Below, piece by piece: positions 30,174 to 47,967 of a stretch of 64,000 nt of DNA. How positions within the stretch are numbered: position 1 is the first letter of the stretch; the number at the start of each line of letters is the position of its first letter. Where the stretch lies: assembly GCF_009914755.1 (NCBI RefSeq), contig NC_060939.1, one strand, 5' to 3'. The notes beneath the pieces are model-generated. The model saw only the letters and a program-made list of their open reading frames with translations, was not told where the DNA came from and made no database searches. The position numbers were made by a program, and so were the translations under genes. The stretch is from the human T2T-CHM13v2.0 reference genome, Homo sapiens.

Positions 30174-30505
30174 CTTTTCTTTTTTTTCTTTCTTTCTTTC
30201 TTTTTTTTTTTTTTTTTTTTTGAGAGAGTCTCGCTCTGTTGCTCAGGCTGGAGTGCAGAGGTGTGATCTCTGTTCAAAGCAGCCTCCCCCTCCCCAGTCC
30301 AAGTGATTCTACTGCCTCAGCCTCTTAAGTAGCTGGGATTACAGGCGTGCGCCACCACGCCTGGCTATTTTTTTATTGTATTTTTAGTAGAGATGGGGTT
30401 TCCACATGTTGGCCTGGCTGATGTTGAACTCCCGGCCTCAGGTGATCCGCCCACCTCACCTTCCCAAAGTGTTGGGATTACAGACGTGAGCCACTGCGCC
30501 CAGCC
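30174..30505 (-). mobile_element. Alu (AluS-like)
   Basis: CT/T tail plus reverse-complement Alu. Confidence 0.93.
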
Positions 30506-30508
30506 TAG

Positions 30509-30811
<303 letters not shown>

Positions 30812-31313
30812 GAGACTCTATTTTAAAGCTGTCTTCTCCCACTGATTTGCCTTTTGTTTGTGGTAAAATCATTTTGTCTTAAACACTGTAGCTTCATTAT
30901 ACATGTTAACATCTGCTAGGAAGAATCTCCACTCAGGTTAAAAAAAAAAAAATTTGAAGCACCATTATTTCAGGTGAACTTTGTGTGTGTGTATGTTGTT
31001 TTGTTTTTGCAATTCTTCTCCGCTACTCTTCCAAAAAAGAAAACACAAATTCATTAGGTTTTGATTGTTAATAAATCAGTTTGGGAGAAAACATTTCCAG
31101 ATATTTGAATTACTCATTCAAGGACATTTCGTGTTTCTCCATTTACTCAACTATTATCTATCTATGAAGAAATCACAGAAGGTCATAGAGGTTGTATACT
31201 TTTCCTTTTGGGTTATTTCTGGTTAATGAATGCTTTTTGTTGCTAATGTAGAAGGAATCTTTATTCCCCATTGTTTATTTTATATTTTTAAATTTTTTTT
31301 CAATTAAAAAAAA

Positions 31314-31612
<299 letters not shown>

Positions 31613-32299
31613 TTCCTTGTTTCTTTTAGGTGATTATTGGTTGTGTGTGAGGAAAGCTCTGGTATTTTCTGTACTTATCTTGTACCTACCCAATTTGTTG
31701 ATTGCTCTTATTCGTTATAATAGTCTTTCAGTTGACTCTTCCTAATTTTTTTGTGCCGAGAATCATTGATGACAAATAAGGATAATTTGGTCTCCATTTT
31801 TCTGGTACATAATACGTCTTTACTTACCATCAGTTGTGTGTCACTTAGGAATATAAATGGCTGAAAATAACTGAAAGCCTGCCTAATAAGGGAGTAGGCC
31901 GACAGGGGCTGACTTTTCTCAAGTTCAGGCAGTCTGGAGGGAAGGAGTCTGTGGCTGCTGTGAGGTGCTCAAAGAGGGTGTGAGGACTGGGCTCCTGGCT
32001 TCTGTTTGTTCATCCTTAGCCTGTGGCTTTTGTCCTCGTGAACACAAGATGACCTCCAGGAATTATGTCTGTTTCAGGCAGGAAGAAGTTGAGAAGGAAT
32101 GAAGACAAAAGGCAAAAAAGGCAGAATGACAGGTCAGCAAGCGCTGCTCAGCCAGTAGGCCCTGCTTCTCCTTGGCCAGAACTGAGTTGCATGCAGCTGG
32201 CTAGAAGGTGGGAGATGAATGTGGGTATGGCTAGTGGGTTGGGCATGGGGGTTGGGCCAACCAAGCATGGTTGGTCATAGGGTCTTGCTGCATTAGCCT

Positions 32300-32870
32300 G
32301 CACATCCAGAATTGTTACATGTTGATTACAGGCATATTTGTCCTTTTTTGTCTATATTAATGATAATGCCTCTGTTTCTCAATGTGTAAGGCATCTTTTG
32401 GTTTAAGAGGTTTTCATCATGTTGAAGAATTGCCTGTCTTGTTTTCTTGGGTGATTTATTAAGGATGGGTGTTGAATGTCATCAGATGTCATTTTGGCAT
32501 TCATTTGGATTCAGAAGTGGTTGTTACACCTATTAATTGAGGTAGGAATAGATTACCTAGTAGTAATCCCTCCTCAAATTCCCGTGTTAAACTATTTTTG
32601 GTTGCGGTGGGTGGCTGTTTAAATTCCTAATTAAATTTGGTTTGCTAACATATTCAGATTTTTTAATCTCTTATTTTAAATGAGATAGCTTTACAGTTCT
32701 CTTTAGATGAGTTCTTTTCCAGATTTTGCTGTCAGGCCTAGACTAGTTTTGTAAAATGAATTAATGACTTTTCCTTTTTACCTTCTCTGTAACAGTTTTT
32801 ATAGTGTGGCAATAAACTGTCCTTTGAAGGTTTGGAACAACTCACTTGTTAAATGCCTGGAGGCTGACAC
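32300..32870 (-). mobile_element. Ancient L1M ORF2 remnant (pieces probably extend ~29700-33780, interrupted by Alus)
   Basis: Degenerate antisense L1 motifs (GGGTGTTGAATGTCATCA, CCTTTGAAGGTTTGGAACAACTCAC). Confidence 0.55.
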
Positions 32871-32892
32871 TTAAAAAAAAAAAAAAGAATAG

Positions 32893-33198
32893 TTTTTGTT
32901 GTGTTTCTTTTTGTTGTTGGTGTTGTTTTTAGTCTTCAGTGCAGTGGCATAATCTTGGCCCACTTCAGCCTTGACCTCCCAGGCTCAAGCAGTCCTCCCA
33001 CCTCAGCCTCCCTGGTAGCCGGGACCACAGGTGTTTTGCCGCCACACCCGGCTAATTTTTTATTTTTTTTGTAGTTTTTGTAGAGATGGGGTTTTGCCAC
33101 GTTGCGCAGGCTGGTCTAGCATTACTGGGCTCAAGTGGTCCACCTGCCTTCGCCTCCCAAGGTGGTGGGATTAACAGGTGTGAGCCACCATGCCTGGC
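32893..33198 (-). mobile_element. Alu (AluJ-like)
   Basis: Reverse-complement Alu with degenerate GTT tail. Confidence 0.88.
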
Positions 33199-33296
33199 GT
33201 AAAAAGATGGTTAGTTTTTGTTTTGTGACAGCTTTAAAAAAGGTCTTCCATGGGTGTTGGTCTGTTCCAGGGTTCTGGTTCTTTCCTCTGATGCTC

Positions 33297-33578
33297 TTTT
33301 TTTTTTTTTTTTTTTGAAACAGGATCTCGCTCTTGTCCCAGATGGTGTACAGTGGTGTGGTCATGGCTCACTGTAGCCCCAGCCCACTGGGCTCCAGCAA
33401 GCCTCCCACCTCAGCCTCTGGAGTAGCTGGGACCCATACCTGGCTAATTTTTAAATGTTTTTTAGAGACAGAGTCTCGCTATGTTCCCATGCTGGTTTTG
33501 AACTCCTGGGATCAAGCGACCCTCCTCCCTTGGCCTCCCAAAGTGTTGGGATTACAGGCATGAGCCACCATGCTGGCC
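33297..33578 (-). mobile_element. Alu (AluJ-like)
   Basis: Poly-T plus reverse-complement Alu. Confidence 0.92.
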
Positions 33579-34483
33579 TTCTGGTTCTTTTTAAATCAAT
33601 TTTAGTAATTTAGTAATTTCCAGCAAGTCAATTAAAAATTATAGCTCGGTTGTATGTAGTATTTTCTGTGTGGTGTTATGCCCTCTGTATCTGTTTTCTC
33701 AGATGTTTTAGTTGCTTTTCTCTCTTAATCTTGATTAGACCTGCCAGAGCTGTGCTTATTTTGTGTCCCCATCCAAATCCAGAATTAATTGCCGTGCTCC
33801 ACATGTTTTGGTCAATGGTGGACCTCATCTGTAACAGTAGTCCCATGAGATTATAATGGGGCTGAAAACAGTGCTGTCCCCTAGGGATATCGTGTCTGTT
33901 GTAGTGCAAGGCACTGCTCACGTGTTTGTGTTGATGCTGGTGTAAGCCCACTGTGCTTCCAGTCAGATGAAAGTGCAGCGCATACAATTGTGTGCGGTAC
34001 CTAATACTTGATAATAAACAACCATGTTACTGGTGTATGTATTTACTATGCTGTACTTTTAATTGTTATTTTAGAGTGTACTCCTTATACTTATTAAACA
34101 CAAAATTAATTGTAAAATAGCCTCAGGCAGGTCCTTCAGGAGGTATCCAGAAGAAGGCATTGTGATCATAGGAGCTGATGGCTCCGCCTGGGTTACTGCC
34201 CCTGTAGACTTCCAGTGGGACAGGATATGGAGGTGGAAGACAGTGACATGGATGATCCGGACCCTTTGTAGGTCTAGGCTAACGTGTGTGTTTGTGTCTT
34301 AGCTTTTAACAAAAAAGTTTAAAAAGTTAAAAAAAAAAGTTAAAAATAGAAAAAAGCTTATAGAATAAGAATATAAAGAAAATATATACAAGAACCAAAA
34401 TTTAAGAAAAATAAAGTTTGTAAAAGTAAAAAAAGTTGTGCTTAAGCTAAGTTTAATTTATTATTGAAGAAAGAAATTTTTAA

Positions 34484-34943
<460 letters not shown>

Positions 34944-35234
34944 TTTTGTTTCGTTTTTAAGAGACAGGGTCTAGCTCTGTCACCCAAGCTGGAGTGCAGT
35001 GGCGTGATTATAGCTCATTGCAGCCTTGAACTCCTGGGCTCAACTGATTCTGTTGTGTCACCCTCCCCAAGTAGCTAGAACTACAGGCTCATGCCACCAC
35101 ACTTGGCTAATTTTTGTTTTTTAATTTTTTGTAGAAATGGAATCTCACTATGTTGCCTAGGCTGGTCTTGAACTCTTGGTGTCAAGCAAGTGCTTGGCCT
35201 CTGAAGTGCTGAGATTATAGGTGTGAGCCTGGCC
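34944..35234 (-). mobile_element. Alu (AluJ-like), nested in Tigger3
   Basis: Reverse-complement Alu. Confidence 0.9.
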
Positions 35235-36693
35235 ATATGTACTTTTTTTTATCCTTCTTACTATATTTTTATTGTACCTTTTCTATGTTTAGGTATGTTT
35301 AAATACACACATACTTACCATGGTGTTACAACTGCCTGCAGTATTCAGTGCAGTAACGCACTACAGGTTTGCAGGTTGGTAGCCTAGGAGTAATAGGCTA
35401 TACTGTATAGCCTAGGTGTGTAGTAGGCTATACCATTGAGGTGTAAGTATACTCTGATCACACAATGATGAAATCACCTAACTGTGCATTTCTTAGAATG
35501 CATCCCTGTCATTAAGTGATACGTAACTCTGCTTCTTTAAGCCTCTGTAGCACTTTGGTTATGTTAGGATTCTGTGTCTTTACAAGTCTGCTTTGCTGAT
35601 CGATTGTGACATCTTGAGGGCGGCTGCACTACTTTCTGCCTGCACCTTGTTTCGCATGTCTACCTGGCGCATGACATACACCTCGTTGTTCAGTTCTTGC
35701 TTCTCTGCTTGTGTCTTTGCATTCACCACCAGCTATTCTGATAGTTATCAGGAGGTTTTCATTGATTGCAGTCTCGTGCAATGGGTGCAGGTAATGGGTA
35801 GCCTTATGGAGGAGAAAATGCTTACCTATTTGGGTTCATTCCAAGGAGTAGTTCAAGGATAAACCTCTAAGTTTGGGGAGTGCTGTAATTTGCTGGATAT
35901 GTGAGCCATAGAAGACAGCTTGGATGGCATCTGATGCTTCCTGGCTGCAGGGATGGAGGCAGCAGACCCTCCTGCCTGGGGTGGTTGGTTGCCATCCCTG
36001 TCGGGGGCTCATGCTCCACCCTCAAGGCTATTCTTGGGGGAGTTGTGACATGGCTTTCATAAAAACTCAGTGGAATTTTACCCTGTGTATTAGTTAGTAA
36101 AGGTGAGTCTGGTTCAGTTGGTTTGAGTCAAAAAATCTGTTAATATCTCTGCTTTAGACCTGCATCAGGCTAATACTTGAATTTAGGGTCTGTCCCTGGT
36201 GTCATCTGAATTTTTGTTTGCTATGTGTGACCAAGGAGATGGTCACTCTTCAGGATGGGTGGGTGGAGGGGAGAAATGCTATGATTTCTGTTGGGTCATG
36301 TGAAATCAATTTGGAATGTGGATGGGGCCCTTACACTTTTTCTTTTGAGCTTAGTGATTTTCTGTGTAGGGTGGAGAGCGATTAGGAAGGAATTCACCAC
36401 CCTTAGGTCCTCAGGCATAGGGTCTTCTAGGGGCAGGACTGATGAGTGAACAGCAGGGTGGATGGAGCAGAACCGTTGGAACCTTCAGGGCAGGACCTGC
36501 CACCATTATTTGGTCACAGGAAGTGTTCAGTGGTGAACTTGTTGGAAATGATTTTGAGTAACTTCCGTCTCCTAAATCATATTAGGACTCTTTGGTCTCC
36601 TATGGTTATCTGAGTTGTTTTCCAGGAGGAGCTGGGAAGGTACCAGGAGAAAGATGACTGTCCCTCTCATGTTTGCTGAGGGTGTTCCTGTAA

Positions 36694-37216
<523 letters not shown>

Positions 37217-39303
37217 TGGGTTGCTTTTTAAATTCATACCTACTGTCTTATTTGGGTCTCAAATGTGATCAGTGGTTATACTTTTCTTGCTATGCATTTA
37301 AGTTGGAGCAGGCTCCGGGGCACCACTTCCCTCCCTAGAGTTGATGAACCCCTCATATCAGTGACCTCCCCATGTCACAGTGTATCTCGTGTGCACTGCT
37401 AGATATTCTGATCACACAGTGCTGAGATTACTGGTTTCTCTCCCTTTCTCTTTCTGTGGTTATAGGGATTCTTTAAGGGCAGGCAACATGTTCTTTGTTT
37501 CCATAGGATCTGACAAAGTGCATGGCATAGGTAGGTGTTCATCAAAAGGGGTGGAATAGGGTTGATCTCAAGGGTTTTAAGAGAGATCTGACGAGTTTGG
37601 GTGTGTGACTTAAAAAGCAGATACAGCGCCTTTTCACGGATACACCTCCGTGATTCCTCAAGTGGTCTGGCTGTGTTTATTTTAGGATTCTAAAAGTAAA
37701 GTGTTCTGTTCTGAGTCTTTCACGATCTGATGTTCTCCAGTTCTGTGAGGTCTCCTCCTTTAGTCCCATCATTGGGGCTGTTTCTGCTCGGAAGGCCAGG
37801 AAGTTGCTGGAAGTCTGCTGGGCTTTGCAAAGGGACTTTTGCTTGTGTGGGCATTGCCCAGTTGTGTTACAACTTGTTTACAGCCGTTGGTTTTTAAGGG
37901 ATGAGGTAATCTTAGCTCAGCTTAGTGTAATACACAACAGTTTTGTTTATTGAGAAAATCATTGTTGAAGTTTTTCAGATGTTAGAGATGTTATGAATTG
38001 CAATCAAGTCGGTATCCTCTTATATAAGTGCATCTGACAAGCCCATTTCACAACTACATCTCATCAGTCACAGTTGGATGGCAAGGTTTATTGTTTAAAG
38101 TTTTTGTTTTTTCTTTTTTAAGTTGGGAAAGGAAGACAGATGGTTTCAGAAGCCAAGAAAGGGCACAAAGGCGTGGATATTTGGAAATCGGGACATAATT
38201 CACCATTCTTCTTAATTTTTTCTGATCTCTAAGACACTGAGACAGCTGTTAATTGAATTGCTTGTTCACAGTATTTGAGACGTAATGAAATGTGAGTGTC
38301 CTAATCACCTGGCGGGCGTAGATCTTTGGGATCCTCCTGGAGGCTTAGTAGGGCTGCCCTGAGCAGTATTGTCTTCTCCAGCTGGGCCTCTGAGCTGTAC
38401 CATGTGCCCGTGCTCAGCCTCAGTCCATCCCTCAGCCAGTTGTTAAATCACTTTGGACGTGTGACAGCCTCAACATGTCACAGCTTTAAAAGTTCAGATT
38501 TTAAAAAGGTAAGGAAATGATCTCCTAGTGAGACAACTTCTGCCTAAAAAATAAAAGCTTCTAAGACATAAATTCTGTGTTATGAACAACTTGCAATTTT
38601 CATAGTTTTCAGTTTTAGCTCTGGCAGCCTCTATGATAGATCTTAAATATGTTTATCACAGCTGGAAAAATGTTTTATTGTCATCTTTGTTTATCATAAT
38701 ATGCCACCTACTCTGGTTGTGTCTTACAACTGTAGCTCTGTGGGGTTTTTTTTGTTTGTTTTATGCTTGCTAATGGGGGAGGTGGGGGGTGGGGGCGGAT
38801 GAATATAAATGATACCTAGAAATTGAAATTGGAAAAAAAAATGTATTCAGCCAGTACTCTTTCCAGGTTATAGCTAAACGTCAGTTGGCAACCTCTATGC
38901 TGTGGTTTATTGAGTAACACTTAATACTTAGCACAGCCCTCAGTGAAGATCTTTTATGGCCTTTTCTGAATGTTATACAAACATAACTAAAGCTTATCCA
39001 GATGAGGACAGGGACCTTTCTTTCCTTCCTTTTTAAATGGAGCAAAATTTGGCCACTGGGTTGCTGTGGATGAGAGAGTAGAAGGAGAAAGGCAGTCATC
39101 GGGAGACTGTGTGCTGAGAGAGCGCATGTGGGATTTGGCTTCAGGAAGTCTGGGCTTGCATTCTATCCAGCGCTAATATTTAGTGAGTGTGATTTGGGGC
39201 AAATTATTTCGTCTCCCTGAGCTTCAGAATGTTTGAAACTTTGTGAGGAGTCTGACCCCACACTGTAGGCTCCCTCCATGTATATATTTCTTCTTCCTTT
39301 TCC

Positions 39304-39616
39304 TTTTTTTTTTTTTTTTTTTTTTAATTTTTGAGATAGTGTCTCGCTCTGTAACCCCAGTTGGAATGCAGTGGCATGGTCATGGCTTACTGCAGCCTCA
39401 ACGTCCCAGGCTCAAGGGATCCTCCTGCCTCAGCCTCCTGAGTAGCTGGGGTCACAGAGGTGTGCCATCACGCCTGGCTAATTTTTAACATTTTTTGTAG
39501 AGATGGGAGTCTCACTATGTTGCCCAGGCTGCACTCAAACTCCTGGACTCAAGCAGTCCTCTCCCTCCAGCCTCCCAAAGTTCTGGGATTACAGGCATGA
39601 GCCACCATGCCCGGCT
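39304..39616 (-). mobile_element. Alu (AluJ-like)
   Basis: Poly-T plus reverse-complement Alu. Confidence 0.93.
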
Positions 39617-40284
39617 GGAACTGTTGGCTTTGAAGAAGAATGATGCTGTGCTTGCCTTTGCAGTCCTGTCACCATACTTCCTGGAAAGTGGGTGGACACG
39701 CTGGATGGTAGATGTTGAGTTGTTTAGATGCCTGGATGCTTACATGCTTTGTGTGGGTTCTTACTGGGGCTGTAACTTACTAGAGGACAGACTCCAACTT
39801 CTGCTTACTTAGTCTGGGGAGGTTAATAATAATCTAGGGCACCCGCTTCCCAGTGGGTTTCCATCAGTCTCCTCCAGCCCACTCTACTCTCTGTTAGCCA
39901 GCTGGGCACCTCTTCTTCTGTGTCCCTTCGGTATCTTCCCAGTGGCTCTTTCCACGACTGGCTCAGACCATGTGTATATCTGCTCATTGTCTGTCCAGGG
40001 TCCCTCCAAAGATGCCTCTGTGGGCTGGGCCCCTGGTGGTGCTTCCTCCAGATAATTGTTGAAGATGGAACAGGAGTGTGCAAGAACACCAGCGTGCTTC
40101 CAGTATTCAGGTCTAGCGGCAGGTCCCAGGCATCAGCGGCTCACCACTCCACCGCAGGTAGCCTGATTGCCCAGCCTTGGAGCCGCAGCCTCCTTGGGTG
40201 GTGTGGCAGCTGTCAGTGTCTGAAACCATTTTGAACTTTAAAGGGTGGTGTCAGACAGCAGCTATTGAGGCTACTTAAAAGAAT

Positions 40285-41005
40285 TTTTTTAAATGTACGA
40301 GTTCAGTGGCATTAAGTACATTCATATTGTTGTGCAACCATCACCACTGTCCATCTCCAGAACTTGTTCATCTTCCCAAACTGAAACTCCATGTCCATCA
40401 AACAACTCCCCATTGCCTTTTTCCCCAAGTCTTTGGCAACCGCCATTCCACTTTCTGTCTGTAAATTTGACTATCTGGATACCTCATGTAAGTGGACTCG
40501 TACACTATTTGTCCTTTTGTGACTGGCCCATTTTATGAGCATAATGTCCTCAAGGTTCATTCAGGCTGTAGCATGTGTCCAGAATCTCCTTCCTTTTTAA
40601 GGCCCAATAATATTTAATAATATATGTATGTGTGATAACACATTTATATAATGTCCATTACCATGTGGTATATATGCTTATCCATTTGTCTGTCGATGGA
40701 CACTTGAGTTGCTCCCCCGCTTTGGCTACTGTGAATAATATGACTGTGATCATGGATATGCAAATATTTCCTTAAGTCTTTCAGTTCTTTTGGGTATATA
40801 CCCAGAAGTGGAATTGCTGGATCATATGGCAGTTCTATTTTTAATTTTTTGAGGAACCACTGTACTGTTTTCCATGTAGACTGCATAAGAATTCCAATTT
40901 TTCCACATCTTGCCAACGTTTATTTTTATTTATTTTTTTAAATTTTTTATAGTAGCTATCCATTCTAATGGATGTGAGGTGGTATCTCATTATGGTTTTG
41001 ATGGG
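40285..41005 (-). mobile_element. L1M (L1MB-like) 3' fragment
   Basis: Antisense L1 motifs (GGGTATATACCCAGAAGTGGAATTGCTGGATCATATGG); minus ORFs 40644..40916 and 40841..41023 give ORF2p C-terminal-like LKIELPYDPAIPLLGIYPKE and MRYHLT. Confidence 0.9.
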
Positions 41006-41042
41006 ACTTTTGAGTTTTAGCAAATATCAATGAAGTATTTAA

Positions 41043-41340
41043 TTTTTTTTTTTTTTCTTAGAGACAGGATCTCACATTGTTGTCCAGGCTAGAGTGCAGT
41101 GATGTGAGCATAGTTCACTGCAGCCTCAACCTCCTAGGCTCATGTGATGCTCCCACCTACGCTTCCTCAATAGATGGGACTATGTTCCTGCGCCATCACT
41201 CCTGGTGAATTTTTAAATTTTTGTAGAGATGCGGTCTTGGTACATTTTCTAGGCTGGTCTGGAAGTCCTGGCCTCAAGCAGTTCTTCCACCTGAACCTCC
41301 CAAAGTGCTGGGATTATAGGCGTGAGCCACTGCGCCTGGC
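41043..41340 (-). mobile_element. Alu (AluJ-like)
   Basis: Reverse-complement Alu. Confidence 0.9.
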
Positions 41341-42787
41341 TTATTTAAATTTTTATGGGTATGAATTCACTTAAAAGCTGAAGGTTTTGAGAGGAGAGGG
41401 AGCATGTGAAAAAACCTAAAGGTTTTGGGAGGAGGAGGAGAAGGAAGAGAGGGAGCATGTGAACAAGAGCAACTGATGACTTCCTTGTCATTCATTTGCC
41501 CAGTGTTTACTAAGCACCTGCTGTGTCTCAGACCTGTGCTGGTTTGGCCCTTGTGAAGGACAGTAAATACAGTGCAGTTCCAGCTGCGCATGGGATCACA
41601 GTCCAGTAGGTAAACGAGTGCCTAAACTTAAGAGAAATGAGTGCAGTTGGGGTCCTGTGGCGGTGAAGGGGCGAGTCTGCACCCAGGCGAGTGTTAAAGG
41701 CCTGGCCTAGAGAAGATGGGTGTTTTGATGGAAGGAGCTGCTGGGAACCATGTGTACTCGGTGTCTTGGAGTTTAGAAACCTCAGTTGGCTCCATGTCTC
41801 GTCCTTAGTAAAGGAATATCGGGAGCTGAGACTGGATGTATTGACACAGGTCAAATCACAGAGTCTTAGGCCATTTCAAGGAGGTTGGATTTTTCTCTGG
41901 AAGGCACAGGGAGGTTTTGAAGGACTTAATGCAGAAGAATGGGCACTGTCAGGTTTGTGGTTTGGAAAGTCCGCCTTGGTAGTAGGGTGGAGGGTGCATT
42001 ATGGAGGGCTAGACCAGGGTCCAGCCCCCAGCGAGATGCTGTGTGGTAACCAGGGGAGAGAGAGGTGGTGGTGTTAGAAGCCACGACTTGGCATAGAAGC
42101 CAAAGCATCCCCAGGTTGTCATTGTGTAATTAATGGTTAAGTTGGGGCAAGAAATAAAGCTCTTAAAAGTGTCCAGCTGTAGAGCTCTCTGCCTGTTTTT
42201 ATCTTCAGATTTTTGTCTTTGCCATCTCTGGCCTCCAGTGGAAGGCCGAAGTTACTTAACTCCTTGCTGGAAGCAGGGCTCCTCATGATTGCCAGCCCCT
42301 GTTTGGTAGTGGTCCTGGAGTGCTGTGGAAATGGGATACTTGGTGCCACTTACCTTGGGGCTTTGCTCCTGAACTGCAGCGGTGTCTTGTGCTCTGTGGT
42401 TTGTAGCATGGAACAGAGGCTGATGGGCGGGGAGTTTGAGTCCCAGTGATTGAGGCCCCCTGCCTGCCTGCACCTTACTGAAGGAAGGACATGGTGGCTT
42501 CTCAGTGTGCTCTCTGGTGATCTGAACCTAGATTCTTGTTTCACGGGTAGGGGGCAGGGTTTTGGATTCAGCCCTGGCCAGCCCTGGCCCAAGTTCATAG
42601 TGTCAGTAGTATAGTTCTCCCACCACCCCCTTCTCTCCTGCTCCTGTTTTCTCCCCCGCCCCTTCTCTCCTACTCTCCTTCCTCTCCCACTCTCCCTCCT
42701 CTCTCTGCCTTTCACTTCCCCCCACACACTCTCTCTCCCCCGCTCCCAACTTTCTTTCTCTCTTCGACTCACCACACAACACACACC

Positions 42788-42809
42788 TGTGTGTGTGTGT
42801 GTGTGTGTG
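42788..42809. repeat. (TG)11 microsatellite after a CT-rich low-complexity tract (42615-42770)
   Basis: Read directly. Confidence 0.92.
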
Positions 42810-43467
42810 ATGGCACTGTTATTTCATGTGTATACCTTTGCGTAGCGTTGGCACATGTGGGAATGCTATTATAATGCTTTCGTTGGGGGTCTGTGCTAAC
42901 CACTGCTGAGTGTGCTTCATGTTTTCTAGACAGCATGAGACCAGAGCTCTCCACCTTGCCATTAGCTGGTGGGAGAATTTTGAGAAAGTCACCCAATTGC
43001 TCTTAAGTCCTCATTTTTTTTTTTAAATCTGTAAAATGGTATCACAGATGCTTATAGCTCAAGACTAGTTGATGAGGGTCTGTGACTCAAAAGGCCCCAT
43101 AGATGGGGTTCAGAGGGCCTTTGGAAATGGCGTGCAAGCTCTTTGTAAGTGTATTTTTTTTGGAGAAAGGGCCCAGCTTTTTATCAGACATCCTGAGAGA
43201 TTCAGGACCTAAAAAATAAACCTTGATTAATCTTGGAAGCCTCTTTTTACGCAGTACGCTTTGATTCATCAGTATATGCATGTGGATGGGTTCTCAGATG
43301 GCCTGATGTTTCTCCTCCTTCCTCTGTGTGGTGGGCGACGACTTTGGCTGCCCAGATGTTAACATCAGTAAGCAGAAGCTCAGTCAGTGTTAGCAAAATT
43401 AAATCACTCTGCAAAAATCAATGTTAGTGAAATTAAATCACTTGATCTTAAAAGCAGCATGAAATAG

Positions 43468-43918
<451 letters not shown>

Positions 43919-44290
43919 TGAGGATCCAGGGGTTTGTCATAGATTGATTAATCAGAAAGTATTAATCTAAAGTATTAGAATATATTGATTGCAGGCAGGG
44001 ACCTTGCATAGTTTAAAGATGACTCAGAAGGCACATTAGGTTCTTGCCACACTTTGCTGCCATCACAGATGGATGTGAGTTGCCCCCTTATATAGGTCTC
44101 TCGGGATGCCCCAGTGGAGAACAGCATTGATGTTGAACAGATCCTGTCCGATGGAGAGATACCAGCGTTTCAGCCAGCGGTGTGAGTGAGGGCAGGGGCC
44201 ACCTCTGAGGGTGCTTGCTCCCTCACACTGTCCTCACGCTGCCCTCAAGCTGTGGGCAAAGGAGAGGGATCCTGTGCCATCACAGCCCTA

Positions 44291-44717
<427 letters not shown>

Positions 44718-45319
44718 ACATGCTTATGGTAGGCAATTAAAACAGGAGGTAAGGAGTAAACATGCCAGGCCCCTCCTCCTCTCCTCTGACTCTTCCTTCT
44801 TCCCCCCTGCTTCCCAAGGGTAAGCTTTGCAGATACTTGCTATGCAAGCAAAAATGCTATTCTTAGCCATCGTTTAAACACAGATTTGCAATTTGTGGTT
44901 TTTCATTTATATAAATTTTGGCTCTCTTCCTATAGCAGAATGATCTTTGTTTTTAAAATGATTTTAAGTATACAATTAATATGTGAATGTATGTTTCTTA
45001 TGGAAATTAGAACAATACACAGTTACAGAGTAGAAGGTGATAGGTGATATAGCTCACCCTCTCCTCTTCCTGCTATTCTCCCCAGTCTGCTTCACTCCCC
45101 GGAAGGAACTACTGGCCCATCAGCATGTCTCCTTCCAGGCATTTTTTCCATGTGGTTATGTCCACCTGCATAAGAAACTGGGGGCGGCAGGGTGGGGCGG
45201 TGTTGGCGGGTCAGGCAGAAGCAAGCCACAGAGCAGTAAGGGTACTTTTTAAAAAAACATTTAAATAGATCCCTGTTGTCCTGCGGCTTACATGCTCATG
45301 CATACTCACTGTTTCTTTA

Positions 45320-46155
<836 letters not shown>

Positions 46156-46409
46156 AGTGTATGCGTGGGGACATACATCTATTTGCCCCACTGACATGAG
46201 GGTTGGATCTCTAGAAGAGGAGTCACTGTTCAGAGGTTATAGGCATTTGTATTTTTTGGCAGATGTTGTCCTTCAAAATGGCTGTACACATATGCTCCTC
46301 CCAAAAGTAGGAGAGTGCCTGTTGCCCCATGTCCTCACTCAAGCTTGGTGTTATTAGATTGGTAATTTTTTTGTGTGTGAATCTGTTAAGTTAAAAATAT
46401 TTCTTTCTT

Positions 46410-46866
<457 letters not shown>

Positions 46867-47967
46867 AAGCTAAAAATATCTTAGTGTGCATTTCTCTAAT
46901 TGTCAGAAGTGTATTTATTTACCATACCCTGGAAACCTTATGTAAGATGATGGTGAGTTTGGACTTTCCAGTAACATTTGGAAACTGTTTAGTACCAAGC
47001 TCTCATTAACAATATAAACAAAATAGGGGTCTACCCTTAAGGAATCAAAGCCATTATCTAAAAGCTCTTTCCCGCAACAACTACCTGAGATAATGTCCTT
47101 GGTCATATGCCCCAGCATTTAAAAATGGAGTTAGTGAGAGTCTGTTGTTTACCACCTGATACATTGGTAAGAGCTGCTTGATGGTATGGGGACATCAGTA
47201 GGGAGGATATAGACGTAGCCACCCCCGCCCTACATAGTAGGGGCCTCAGGGTGGGGTAAGCCTGGGTGGGGGAGGTATGAGTGGTGGAACAGTGGGAGAC
47301 CCTGGATCCTTAGTCTCCAGCGTGATTGCATTTTGCCAAGGCTTTGTCCCATGTCCCTTTGTCCCGTGTTCCATTTGCCCGTGGTGTTGCCTAGAGAGCA
47401 TGGAGGGGCTGGTGGAGCATGCTCTGTGGTTCCCTAACCCAGGGCTGTGTGGGGAGAGCTTGCAGCACCCCCCTGACCCCATATGAACGTCCTTGCTATT
47501 TCCTGCTGTGCCATCCAGCAACTATAGGATGCTGTGCTGTGGCTGGGAGACCTGTTTGGTCTTGGAAGCTGGGTCCTGGATGAGCAGAATGAGGCAGGCA
47601 TAGAGGTGATGTTGGCTACGGGCAGGGGAGCATTTGCTTTGCCTTGGAGTAGTGCCATTTCCATGTAGAGGGGCAAGATTTACCACCCTGTTGTGGGGAT
47701 TTGAGACTTTGGGTTTTGTTTTCCTTTACACCTTGAGCTTTGTTCTACAGCAGGTCCCTGGGAAGACTGGTCCACAAAGCTGCTGAATGGGGCTGCTGTC
47801 CAGCAGCCCTGCCTCCTGCTGCAGAATGCAGAGGACGCTGTAGACTTGCTTGGTGGGTGCCTGGGGTTTTCTGCCTCCCTGGTGCACTGGGCACAGCGGC
47901 TTGCCTGCCTTTTGGGTCGTCTCCACCTCCCAGGGATGTTTTTGTTCCCTGATCGAATGACCTCCTG

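Noticed and set aside
40644-41023. L1 ORF2-like peptides
   Set aside because: Short frameshifted fragments of a dead L1M copy; not an active element.
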